From a virus, in IMG/VR virus record IMGVR_UViG_3300010885_011343, positions 29,879 to 93,878 of that record: a stretch of DNA of 64,000 nucleotides; one strand, 5' to 3'. This document shows positions 1-9,782 of this stretch, piece by piece. The position numbers were made by a program, and so were the translations under genes. The notes beneath the pieces were generated by a model that was given only the letters and a program-made list of their open reading frames with translations, was not told the origin of the DNA and did no database searches. Every line of letters begins with the position of its first letter. Position 1 is the first letter of the stretch.

Positions 1-729
1 CCATACGAAAAAAGAATTGATTTTGTTAGCCAAAACAACTCTCCGGTTGGTCTTAAAGACGATTGGAAAGTGCGTGTTAGCGTAGGGGAAAGTAGTGGCA
101 TTTTTTATAATGGTACAGGGGATGTTGGTGTACTTGCTCCATTAAAAAGTACTCTAGGAGTAGTTTTTCCTTATACTCCTACAATTAGTACAAACTTCTC
201 AGCTGACTATAGCTCAGTAAAGCCAACTCATAGTAACTATCCGTCATTCTTTTACGAATCAAGTCAGGTACAGGAAATTCAACTCAGTTGCCCATTCACG
301 GTACAAAACTACCAGGAAGGGCAATACCTACTAGCTACTATTTATTTTTTTAGAGCTTGCACAAAAATGTTCTATGGATCGGGCGCCAATGCCGGAAACC
401 CACCACCAATAGTTTTTTTAAATGGCTACGGAAGTCATTACCTGCCAAATGTACCTTGCATAGTCACTGGCTTCACACACACAATGCCAGACGAAGCAGA
501 TTATTTAGAAGTTCCGATTGGAACAGCACCAGATGGCCCGCAACAGCTTGGATTTGGTTATGATATGAGTGATGCTACTACGCAACAGCCGGGCCCACAG
601 ATTACAAGACTACCAACCTACAGTGATATACAGGTTAGATTACAACCTGTTTATAGTAGGAATCGTGTTGCCGAGTTTGATTTGGAAAAATTTGCTCAAG
701 GCAACCTACTAGATAAAGGCTTTATCTGA
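1..729 (+). CDS. Baseplate/tail-tube-initiator-like structural protein, 5'-truncated
   Basis: Frame is open from base 1 (PYEKRIDF...DDWKVRVS) into the 70..729 ORF. Contains FPYTPTI, PTHSNY and PPPIVFLNGYG motifs and lies directly upstream of the baseplate genes. Confidence 0.6.
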   Translation, partial: PYEKRIDFVSQNNSPVGLKDDWKVRVSVGESSGIFYNGTGDVGVLAPLKSTLGVVFPYTPTISTNFSADYSSVKPTHSNYPSFFYESSQVQEIQLSCPFTVQNYQEGQYLLATIYFFRACTKMFYGSGANAGNPPPIVFLNGYGSHYLPNVPCIVTGFTHTMPDEADYLEVPIGTAPDGPQQLGFGYDMSDATTQQPGPQITRLPTYSDIQVRLQPVYSRNRVAEFDLEKFAQGNLLDKGFI

Positions 730-1028
730 TGGCAACTTATTCCAAATCAAGTCCGTACTATGCTACGGGATCTATGGGATCATTTCTAGATCTATTAGAG
801 TACAGAGATATTCCCAAAAACTCCAATGACGTGGAGTATGAGATTGATGCAGTTTACAAATATCGACCCGACCTGCTGGCCTATGACCTTTATAGCAATG
901 CTGGACTTTGGTGGGTGTTTGCAGTACGCAATCCCAATGTTCTTAAAGATCCATTGTTTGATTTTTCTCCCGGCACTATTATTTTTATTCCAACAAAAGA
1001 AACGCTAGTGGCCACGTTAGGATTATAA
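729..1028 (+). CDS. Baseplate wedge protein, T4 gp53-like (LysM-like)
   Basis: YRPDLLAYDLYSNAGLWWVFAVRNP is the gp53/LysM-type motif; baseplate context. Confidence 0.8.
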   Translation: MATYSKSSPYYATGSMGSFLDLLEYRDIPKNSNDVEYEIDAVYKYRPDLLAYDLYSNAGLWWVFAVRNPNVLKDPLFDFSPGTIIFIPTKETLVATLGL

Positions 1029-3763
1029 TGGCAAACGGACAAGTTCAAATTAAATTAGCCGCAGAGCGCCGAGCTAGGGAGCAGGCAGCGTCGCAGACTG
1101 CTGAGTCTTCATTTACCAACGTTGACCCGATGGGCAACTATGTTGGCGGCTATGATGAATTAGCACCCGAGACAGAACGGAAACTAAAATTAGCAAGCCA
1201 GGCAAGAAGTAATTTTGCAAGCCAGGACCCAAGAAGATTGGACATTGGCGACGGCGGAAAAGCGGCAATAGCAGCCACAGTGGCACAATCGGAACGACGT
1301 GACGCTGCCGCGGCAGCCGAAGAACAACGAAAAGCGGCAGAGGAAGCAAAAAAGCCGGCAGTAGTAGAGCAGGTCAGACCAGTTATTACCAGCTTTCCAC
1401 CACAAGACAATCCATTATTTCAATACGCTGACTACACCTACAATTTAAGTTTGCACGTTATACCACCAAGCAAGTACAATGCATTGGCAACAATTCCTGG
1501 ATACATTTATACCAATGATGACAACACAGTATTAATAGCCAGTGGCGGTAGACGCAATGATAGTAATTTCACACGTCATACAAAGTTTAAACAAGATTTT
1601 TATTTTGAAAATTTAAAGTTTACTACAATTGTTGGATTGAACAACAAAAGTAGAAATACCAATAGTATTGATCTCAGCTTTACTATAATTGAACCATATG
1701 GTGTTACTATGCTAAACCGTATGCGAGATCTAATGGACGAGTTAGATGTTAACAGTTGGATGCAATTGCCTTTTATGCTACAGATAGATTTTGTAGGCAA
1801 CACTGACCAAGGAGAAGTGATGCACCCAATACCGGATACTACCAAATATATTCCCGTTAGGTTAATTGGTTGCAAGATTAAGGTCACTAACAAAGGCGCA
1901 GAATATCAATTACAGGCAATTCCGTATAGCCATCAAGCGTTTAACGAGTCATCTGCAAGCACACCGGCACAGTTTGAAGTCACTGCCAAGACCATTGCTG
2001 ATTTTTTTAGTTCTAGTGGAAATGCAGGACAAGCAGACAATGTTATATCCACAGGAAATGCACTAGCTGAACGTAGAGAAGCTCTGTCTAAAGAATTAAA
2101 AGATGAAAAGTATAAGACTCCTGACGGAAAAAGAGAAGCAGAAAAGAAAAGTAAAGAATTTTTAGCAGTGCAACAGGGAGTAAGTAGCACAGGCTACGTA
2201 GTCGGCAGCTATAGCGCCGCAATAAACAGCTTTCAGAAACAACTACAAGCTAATAAGCAAACACAACATCCTGAGATTTATGAGTTTAAATTTCACAAAG
2301 ATTTTGAATCATCAGAAATTGTTATTCCAAATAAAGTAGAAGCCAGGAATACCAAGATGATTGACCCTACCACCAAGGCAGCAGTGGCAGCTATCAGGGC
2401 ACAAGGGGGGATATCTACTGCTGGTATAGATATGACCAGCGAAAGATTTAGCATCAATGCAGGCACAAATGTTGTTGAAGTAATCAATATGGTTATGCGG
2501 GCCAGCAAATACATTAGAGATCAAATACCTGATCCGGCAACAGATGCAGTGGGTGGTGGGCAAGCGATTGCAGACAAACTTAAAAGACCGATTAATTGGT
2601 ATAAAATTACTCCAGTGATTACCATTGGAGAATTTGATTTCAAGCGTGATTGCTACAGTAAAAAAATTACATATCACGTAGAGCCTTACACTTATTATAA
2701 TACTAAATTTAGAGATGCACCACAAAAACTACCCGACAGCTACAGCAAATCTTACCAATATATGTATACTGGTAAGAATAGAGATATTATTAGTTTTGAC
2801 ATTGACTTTGACACAATGTTTTATACTAAAATAACTGCTGATCGAAGTAAAGCACAAAAAGATCGTACACAACCGCAGGCAGAGCAGTCGCAAGAAGATA
2901 ACACAAACGCACCAAATCGTCCAAAACGTATAACCAATAATGTGGTAGTACCGGTCGCTGGGCAAGCTGGTGCACCAAACCCGGCCAGCGTGGACAGTAA
3001 GTCGGTGTTGGTCAATGATTTAACACAATCAATGATGAGCAGTAGTCGTGGTGATATGATCAATGTTAAATTAAAAATTGTAGGCGACCCAGAATTTATT
3101 AAACAAGACGATGTTTACTTCAACCCAACTAATAATCCTAGCCAACCTAACAAACGGTATGATAAAAATGGCAGTTTGATATTTGATGTCAGCGAAATTT
3201 TTGCATTGATTAAATTTAAAACGCCAGTGGATTTTAATGCTGAAACAGGATTAATGGAATTTGAAACCTGGGAAACATCTGTGTTCAGCGGCATTTACAA
3301 AATCATTACGGTAGAGAATGAATTTAGTCGAGGACAGTTTGTACAAACATTAGATTGTATCAGAATGTTTGATCAGCCCGATTACGATATTGTTCAACCG
3401 ACACCCGACGACGGAAAAAAGAAAGCTCAAGAAGAACGAGCTCCGGAAGTTACCACATTAGAAGAACAAAAGAAACAAGAAGAGCCAGCACAGGAGTCAA
3501 GAAATATGACATTTGGCGAGGCCTTTAAACAAGCTAGAAAAGATTACGGTGGCGCAGGTGGAGTCTTTACTTGGAATGGCAAGCAATATCAAACAAACAT
3601 AGTTGGCGAAGATTATGTGTCTAAACCAAAGTCTGTTTATAACGATAGCAGAGATCTAGGCAAAGTTGCAGTTACTCAACAGGCCAAATTAAAAGCCGAC
3701 ATAGCCAGCGCACCTACAGAAAATATCAATGACGGCAACATACAAGATTATGGATTGGGTTAA
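1028..3763 (+). CDS. Baseplate hub protein, gp27/VgrG-N-like
   Basis: 911 aa between the gp53-like and gp5-like genes. Has FTIIEPYG, LKIVGDPEFI and FSGIYKIITVENEFSRGQFVQTL motifs typical of hub proteins. Confidence 0.65.
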   Translation: MANGQVQIKLAAERRAREQAASQTAESSFTNVDPMGNYVGGYDELAPETERKLKLASQARSNFASQDPRRLDIGDGGKAAIAATVAQSERRDAAAAAEEQRKAAEEAKKPAVVEQVRPVITSFPPQDNPLFQYADYTYNLSLHVIPPSKYNALATIPGYIYTNDDNTVLIASGGRRNDSNFTRHTKFKQDFYFENLKFTTIVGLNNKSRNTNSIDLSFTIIEPYGVTMLNRMRDLMDELDVNSWMQLPFMLQIDFVGNTDQGEVMHPIPDTTKYIPVRLIGCKIKVTNKGAEYQLQAIPYSHQAFNESSASTPAQFEVTAKTIADFFSSSGNAGQADNVISTGNALAERREALSKELKDEKYKTPDGKREAEKKSKEFLAVQQGVSSTGYVVGSYSAAINSFQKQLQANKQTQHPEIYEFKFHKDFESSEIVIPNKVEARNTKMIDPTTKAAVAAIRAQGGISTAGIDMTSERFSINAGTNVVEVINMVMRASKYIRDQIPDPATDAVGGGQAIADKLKRPINWYKITPVITIGEFDFKRDCYSKKITYHVEPYTYYNTKFRDAPQKLPDSYSKSYQYMYTGKNRDIISFDIDFDTMFYTKITADRSKAQKDRTQPQAEQSQEDNTNAPNRPKRITNNVVVPVAGQAGAPNPASVDSKSVLVNDLTQSMMSSSRGDMINVKLKIVGDPEFIKQDDVYFNPTNNPSQPNKRYDKNGSLIFDVSEIFALIKFKTPVDFNAETGLMEFETWETSVFSGIYKIITVENEFSRGQFVQTLDCIRMFDQPDYDIVQPTPDDGKKKAQEERAPEVTTLEEQKKQEEPAQESRNMTFGEAFKQARKDYGGAGGVFTWNGKQYQTNIVGEDYVSKPKSVYNDSRDLGKVAVTQQAKLKADIASAPTENINDGNIQDYGLG

Positions 3764-3766
3764 TCG

Positions 3767-5923
3767 ATGGGAATGGATAAAAGACTAGGCCGAGAAGTAT
3801 CGGACACATATAAAAGAGAATCGTCGGGCCTAAAGTTAGACTCTGGTCCTTTTATTGGCAAAGTAAAAAATAACTTAGACCCCACACGTGGCGGACGCCT
3901 GCAGGTATATATTCCAGACTTAAACACTGGCAATGAAAACGATCCTGATAATTGGAGAACAGTAAGTTGGGCAAGCCCATTCTTTGGCACAACCAGTCAA
4001 CCCGATACCAACAAGCAAAACTCGTTTAAGAAAGTTAGGCACAGCTACGGAATGTGGATGGTCCCACCAGACATTGGCAATTTAGTGTTATGTACATTTG
4101 TACTGGGCGATCCTAACAGGGGTTTTTGGTTTGCCTGTATTCCAAACCAGCTTGGGCACCATATGATTCCCGGCATTGCCGGCAGTATCAATGTAGACGC
4201 TGGACAGATAAGCGATCCCAAAGTTAAATCCGGTTATAAAAACAATCCCACAGTGGTCAGTGAGTTTAACGAAAACGACGAAGCAATTGACTGGGCTAAT
4301 TTTATTAACTTAAAAAAGCCCATACACGAAGAACAACTTAAGATATTAATCAAGCAAGGGCTAGATGAAGATTACATCAGAGGAATTATTTCCAGCTCAA
4401 GTCAACGCGAAACTCCTAGTTTTGTATTTGGTATAAGCACACCCGGGCGCCCTGTCAATGATCCTGCAGAAGATCCCAACTATAAAGAAAAGTTACAGTC
4501 CGGGGACTTAAAAGAAAGCGACTATGCAGTTTCTGCACGTAAAGGTGGCCACCAGTTTGTAATGGACGATGGTAACTGGCAAGGCAAAGATCAATTAATA
4601 AGATTACGCACTGCCGGCGGGCACCAGATATTAATGAATGACAGCGAACGTGTGATGTACATAGCCAACGGTGACGGCAGTGTATGGATGGAGTTCACAG
4701 GACCCGGGCATATCAACGTTTACTCTGGATCTGGTATTAACATTAGAACACAAGGTGACTTAAACCTACACGCTGATAAGAATATTAATATCAATGCTGG
4801 GGAGAATATCAATGTAGCCGCCGGCAAAGAAATGACTACCCTTAGTCCGACTGTTAAATTTAATGCCACAGGCGAAATGCTGTTGTTTGGCGGTGATGTA
4901 AAAGTTGGCAGTTCTGGCCCAATGTCCTTTGTCAGTTCGGGCACAGCCAATTTGAATTCTGGCGGATCGTTGCATTTAGTGGGCAGTAACATTACGTTAA
5001 ACGACGGTGGCGGTGCCACAGTTAATAGACCTACTCCGTTAAAATACAATAAACTAACTGAAACAGGATACAAAGACGGTAGCTGGGCCTCTGTTGACGG
5101 AGGACTAAGCACCATTGTTCCTATTGCACCCGCACACGAACCTTGGGGATTGCATAAAGGAACTGTGTTGGCCGGCGTGACCAGTGGCACAGGTATAAAT
5201 GGGTCAACGTTTGGGGGTACTACCGGAACCGGCAACGGTGTAACGTCCGGGCCCGCACCAACCAAAGAGATACCAGTAGTGGAATGTAAAGGCGGTGCAA
5301 TGCCAACAGATCCTGGTCCACAAGCGGCACAAAATGCCGGAGTAAAAAATCCAGTTAACAAAAGCTACTTAAACAGAGCCGATAGCCCATCGCCAACAGA
5401 AGGTATAGGACCACTAACACCCGAACAAACCAAAGCATTGATAACACAAATAGGCTGGAACGAAAGCGGTTGGAAGTATAATATTGAAAATCAATACAAC
5501 TACCTGGGAAAATATCAAACTGGAGCAGCCGCATTGGTAGATCAGGGATACATCAAGCGAGATGCTTACCAATTGTACGGCAATAAAGCAGTCAACTATC
5601 CAACTAGCTGGACAGGCAAAGACGGAATCGGCAGTAAAGAATCATACCTGAACAGCGGCGGCGTACAAGAAAAAGTTATGCTCAATCTTTTAAAATCCAA
5701 CTACAGTACTTTAATAAGAACAGGCGCAATAAAAGAAGGTGATGACCAGTGTGCCATTGCTGGTATGCTAGCCGCTAGTCACTTAATTGGTGCAGGTGGC
5801 GCCAAGAAATGGCGACAAACCGGTGGTGGTCAGGATGCCAATGGCACCACAGGCACGGTATATTACAATATGGGACGGTATGCAGTCGATGTACTTGCGG
5901 CCCCGGCTACTGCACAGGCTTAA
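3767..5923 (+). CDS. Baseplate central spike, gp5-like, with C-terminal lysozyme-like domain
   Basis: N-terminal OB fold (DPTRGGRLQVYIP, SYGMWMVPPDIG), a beta-helix region (RTAGGHQILMND...), then a muramidase-like region (NES...YLGKYQTG...AASHLIGAGG...DANGT). Confidence 0.8.
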   Translation: MGMDKRLGREVSDTYKRESSGLKLDSGPFIGKVKNNLDPTRGGRLQVYIPDLNTGNENDPDNWRTVSWASPFFGTTSQPDTNKQNSFKKVRHSYGMWMVPPDIGNLVLCTFVLGDPNRGFWFACIPNQLGHHMIPGIAGSINVDAGQISDPKVKSGYKNNPTVVSEFNENDEAIDWANFINLKKPIHEEQLKILIKQGLDEDYIRGIISSSSQRETPSFVFGISTPGRPVNDPAEDPNYKEKLQSGDLKESDYAVSARKGGHQFVMDDGNWQGKDQLIRLRTAGGHQILMNDSERVMYIANGDGSVWMEFTGPGHINVYSGSGINIRTQGDLNLHADKNININAGENINVAAGKEMTTLSPTVKFNATGEMLLFGGDVKVGSSGPMSFVSSGTANLNSGGSLHLVGSNITLNDGGGATVNRPTPLKYNKLTETGYKDGSWASVDGGLSTIVPIAPAHEPWGLHKGTVLAGVTSGTGINGSTFGGTTGTGNGVTSGPAPTKEIPVVECKGGAMPTDPGPQAAQNAGVKNPVNKSYLNRADSPSPTEGIGPLTPEQTKALITQIGWNESGWKYNIENQYNYLGKYQTGAAALVDQGYIKRDAYQLYGNKAVNYPTSWTGKDGIGSKESYLNSGGVQEKVMLNLLKSNYSTLIRTGAIKEGDDQCAIAGMLAASHLIGAGGAKKWRQTGGGQDANGTTGTVYYNMGRYAVDVLAAPATAQA

Positions 5924-5926
5924 ATA
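5921..5926 (+). promoter_or_regulatory. TAAATA late-promoter motif (representative copy)
   Basis: TAAATA recurs at gene junctions: + strand 5921, 6331, 21766, 23464, 25846; - strand 36391, 45565, 50460, 53024, 60412, 63178. It resembles the T4 late -10 element TATAAATA. Confidence 0.65.
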
Positions 5927-5930
5927 CTAT

Positions 5931-6305
5931 ATGGCAACATACAAAGGATTCAGCACCTATAACAGGGTTAAAAAATTTAAGTTAACTGACTTTGACTTAG
6001 TTAAACAAGACCTGTTCAACCATTTTAACATTCGCAAAGGCGAAAAGTTAATGGATCCCAGCTTTGGAACGATCATATGGGGGTTATTATTTGAACCATT
6101 TACAGATGAATTAAAGCAATCTGTAATTAAAGACATCAATACCGTTATAAATTATGATCCTAGGATAAACATAGACAACGTGGTAATAGCACAATACGAG
6201 TACGGTCTTCAAATTGATTTGGCATTAACTTATGTTCCTTATAACCAAACAGAAACATTGCGAATCAAATTTGACCAAGAATCTCAAACTGCTAGTGTAC
6301 GCTAA
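5931..6305 (+). CDS. Baseplate wedge protein gp25-like
   Basis: Start moved to ATG 5931 (MATYKGFST). RKGEKLMDPSFGTIIWGLLFEP and YDPRI are gp25 signatures. Confidence 0.85.
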   Translation: MATYKGFSTYNRVKKFKLTDFDLVKQDLFNHFNIRKGEKLMDPSFGTIIWGLLFEPFTDELKQSVIKDINTVINYDPRINIDNVVIAQYEYGLQIDLALTYVPYNQTETLRIKFDQESQTASVR

Positions 6306-6355
6306 TAAACGGCGTACATTTTAAAACCGATAAATATTAAAAACGGGTAATATAG

Positions 6356-9300
6356 ATGGCAATCAATACAAGACAAAACAGTTTGCTGGTAGCAGAAAAT
6401 TGGAAAAAGATCTATCAGACTTTCCAAGAGGCTGACTTCACTAGCTATGATTTTGAAACTCTGCGTAAGAGTATGATTGATTACATCAAGCTCTACTACC
6501 CAGAAGATTTTAACGATTTTACTGAAAGCAGTGAGTTTATTGCTCTAATAGACTTAATTGCTTTTATGGGCCAAGCATTGGCATTCCGTACAGATTTAAA
6601 TGCTCGCGAAAACTTCATTGACACAGCAGAGCGTAGAGACAGCATTTTAAAGCTAGCACGATTAATCAGCTATAATCCCAAGCGTAACATTTCTTCTAGC
6701 GGTTTCTTAAAGATTGAAACTGTTAGCACCACAGAAACACTCTACGACAGCAACGGATTTAATCTAAGCAACTTATCAGTCAACTGGAACGATTTAAGCA
6801 ACGATAACTGGTTAGAACAGTTTACCACCATTGTTAATGCCGCATTGATCAGCAGTCAAGTAATTGGTAAACCTGGAAATACACAGACAATTAACAGTGT
6901 CAGAACAGAAGAATACGGACTTAATTTGATCCCTAATGTTCTTGGCGTGTACAAGTTTCAAAGCGCCATTGAAGGCAACAATTTTGATTTTGAAATAGTA
7001 AGCCCTACCAGCATAGCTAAATCATATATCTACGAGCGCACTCCAAGTAAAAACGCACCGTTTAATATACTGTATCGCAATGACAATTATGGAAACACCA
7101 GCAATGACACTGGATTTTTTGTTTACTTTAAACAAGGCGCATTGGCTAGCCAAGAATTTACCTTAAGTGACAGTATTCCTAATAGAGTGGTTAATTTTAA
7201 TTTTAGTAATATTAATAACACAGACGTTTGGTTATACAGTTTAGACAGCAACGGAGAATTAAACGAACTATGGACACAAGTTCCTGCAGTTGGCGGCGTA
7301 AACGTAATCTATAACAAGTCTCAAGAGCGTAACCTATATCAAGTTAACACCAAGGCCAACGATCAAATTGATTTGGTATTTGGCGATGGCAGCTTTGCCA
7401 ACATTCCAACAGGATCTTACAGACTATATTATCGCACCAGTGCAGGCATTGGCTACAAAATTACACCTGATGAAATGAAGGGCGTGGCAATATCCTTTAA
7501 CTATGTCAGTAGAGATAACAGAGTAGAAACTCTTAACCTACGTGCCAGCTTGCAGTATACTGTAACTAACGCCAGCTCAAGAGAAACTACTGCGGATATT
7601 AAACAAAAAGCTCCTCAGCAATACTACACACAAAACCGTATGATCACTGGAGAGGATTATAACATCCTCCCTTACACAACATTTGGTAACGTACTAAAGG
7701 CTAAATCAGTTAACAGAACAAGTTCCGGGGTTAGTCGTTATCTGGACGTAATTGATCCAACTGCAAAGTATTCTAGTACAAATATTTTTTGCAGTGATGG
7801 CTTACTATACCAAGACAACTACATCCGTGCATTTAAATTTAATGCAAATAGCAGTGGCGAGATATCTAAAGTTATCAACAATAATATTGTTAAAGATATT
7901 ATTTTAAGTCAAGAACTACAGCATTTTTACTATGCCAATTATCCTCGCTTTCCTGGAGATAACACTACCAGTGTATTAAAAAATATAAACTGGAATTTAA
8001 CAACTTTTGGTAGCAATACTGCCACAGGTTATTTTGTGTTAAATGGAACTCCGGCTGTCATTGGCGGCGTTGCTAAAAACGAAACTCGATATCTACGTCA
8101 GGGTGCCATTATTAAGTTTGTTCCACGAGCAGGATATTATTTTGATACAAGTAATAATATGATTCCTGGTACTGCGCCAATCGGCAGTAATACCAGCATA
8201 TATGCCTGTGTTACCGTAGTCTACGGTAACGGAACAAACAACGGCACGGGAAATTTAGATGACGGCACAGGTCCAGTTATACTAAATGTTAAAGTGCCAA
8301 CCGGCGCAGTGATAGCAGAAGTTATTCCTGTTTTTAAGAATGGCTTTACTAGCTTTTACAACGAAGCAATTACTGGACTAATTAAAAGTTTTAAAAACTT
8401 TGGTCTGACCTTTGATGTTGAAAAGCAAATTTGGAAAATTATCTCTTCTGAGAATTTAAATACGTCTGGGCAGTTTAGTTTAACCAATCAAAATGATATT
8501 AGTGGAACTGGATTAGATGCCAGCTGGTTAATACGTTTTGAATACAATCTTGATGGTTACATTGTCTATTACAGAGGCATCGAATATACCTTTGAAAGTG
8601 CCGGCCAAACTGGTTTCTTCTTTGATGATCGTGTCAAGGTGTACGATACTAAGACAGGTACTGTGGTCAATGACCAAGTTACAGTACTAAAAACAAATAG
8701 ACAGCCAGATTCAAATTTTTCATTGGCGCAAGATTGTTCTTGGAAGATTTATAAAAATAGCGTTGGCAGCGACGGTTATGTGGACAAGAATAAAATATAT
8801 GTAACTTTTGCCGATTCAAATAACGATGGAATTCCAGATAATCCAGATTTGTTTAAATTGGTAGTTGACCCTACTGTTAATTCTGCAACTAAGTTTGTGT
8901 ATTTTCAACGTGAAGCAGGATACCAACGTTTTCAAAATTTAATTCCGTTAGATAATAAAACTATTGTTAGTTTGTATGCCACAGCCAGCGACATTGCCGG
9001 AGTCAATAATTTATATCTATCAGGGCAACAATTTTATGCGTATGGCGAAAATGCTTTCTACAAATTGAATAGTGATAGAACATTGACAGCGATCACCGAT
9101 TACACTGCTAGGATTGGCAGACAAGAATTGCAATTTCAATATAGACATAACAGTCCCGATTACCGTCGCATCAATCCAAGCAATACAAATGTAATTGACC
9201 TTTACATATTAACTTCTGCATATGAAAGTGCCTACCGTGTTTGGATACAGGATACCAGCGGCGCAACAGAACAACCATATGAGCCAACCACTGACAGTCT

Positions 9301-9772
9301 AAACGACGAGTTCAGTAAGTTAAACGATATTAAGAGTATCAGCGATACTATAGTCTTTCAGAGTGCCAAGTTTAAACCAATATTTGGTTATAAAGCAAAC
9401 AACTCGTTACAGGCTACATTTAAAGTGGTAAAGAATCCTTCAATTAGCATCAGCGACAACGACATTAAGACTTCAGTTATTAATGCAATTAACAGTTACT
9501 TTGATATTACAAACTGGGACTTTGGTGAAACATTTTATTTCTCTGAGTTAAGCGCATACCTACACAGAGCACTAAGCCCAAATGTTGCCAGTATTATCAT
9601 TGTGCCTGCTGACGCTGGTACTAGTTTTGGAACATTATATCAAATCAATTGCGAGCCACACGAAATTATCGTTAGTGCCGCAACCGTGGAAAATGTTGAA
9701 GTTATTACATCGTTGACGGCTAATCAATTGAACCTAAGCGTGGCATCATTGAATAAAGAAATTTTAATTTAA
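6356..9772 (+). CDS. Baseplate wedge protein gp6-like
   Basis: DFETLRKSMIDY, ENFIDTAERRDSILKLARLISYNPKR, LVFGDG and QNRMITGEDY match gp6/baseplate-J. Confidence 0.85.
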   Translation: MAINTRQNSLLVAENWKKIYQTFQEADFTSYDFETLRKSMIDYIKLYYPEDFNDFTESSEFIALIDLIAFMGQALAFRTDLNARENFIDTAERRDSILKLARLISYNPKRNISSSGFLKIETVSTTETLYDSNGFNLSNLSVNWNDLSNDNWLEQFTTIVNAALISSQVIGKPGNTQTINSVRTEEYGLNLIPNVLGVYKFQSAIEGNNFDFEIVSPTSIAKSYIYERTPSKNAPFNILYRNDNYGNTSNDTGFFVYFKQGALASQEFTLSDSIPNRVVNFNFSNINNTDVWLYSLDSNGELNELWTQVPAVGGVNVIYNKSQERNLYQVNTKANDQIDLVFGDGSFANIPTGSYRLYYRTSAGIGYKITPDEMKGVAISFNYVSRDNRVETLNLRASLQYTVTNASSRETTADIKQKAPQQYYTQNRMITGEDYNILPYTTFGNVLKAKSVNRTSSGVSRYLDVIDPTAKYSSTNIFCSDGLLYQDNYIRAFKFNANSSGEISKVINNNIVKDIILSQELQHFYYANYPRFPGDNTTSVLKNINWNLTTFGSNTATGYFVLNGTPAVIGGVAKNETRYLRQGAIIKFVPRAGYYFDTSNNMIPGTAPIGSNTSIYACVTVVYGNGTNNGTGNLDDGTGPVILNVKVPTGAVIAEVIPVFKNGFTSFYNEAITGLIKSFKNFGLTFDVEKQIWKIISSENLNTSGQFSLTNQNDISGTGLDASWLIRFEYNLDGYIVYYRGIEYTFESAGQTGFFFDDRVKVYDTKTGTVVNDQVTVLKTNRQPDSNFSLAQDCSWKIYKNSVGSDGYVDKNKIYVTFADSNNDGIPDNPDLFKLVVDPTVNSATKFVYFQREAGYQRFQNLIPLDNKTIVSLYATASDIAGVNNLYLSGQQFYAYGENAFYKLNSDRTLTAITDYTARIGRQELQFQYRHNSPDYRRINPSNTNVIDLYILTSAYESAYRVWIQDTSGATEQPYEPTTDSLNDEFSKLNDIKSISDTIVFQSAKFKPIFGYKANNSLQATFKVVKNPSISISDNDIKTSVINAINSYFDITNWDFGETFYFSELSAYLHRALSPNVASIIIVPADAGTSFGTLYQINCEPHEIIVSAATVENVEVITSLTANQLNLSVASLNKEILI

Positions 9773-9782
9773 TTGGTAAAAT

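Noticed and set aside
4720-5361. Long antisense ORFs (also 38986..39537, 52137..52733, 61413..61916)
   Set aside because: They are shadows of well-supported genes on the opposite strand, with no motifs or RBS.
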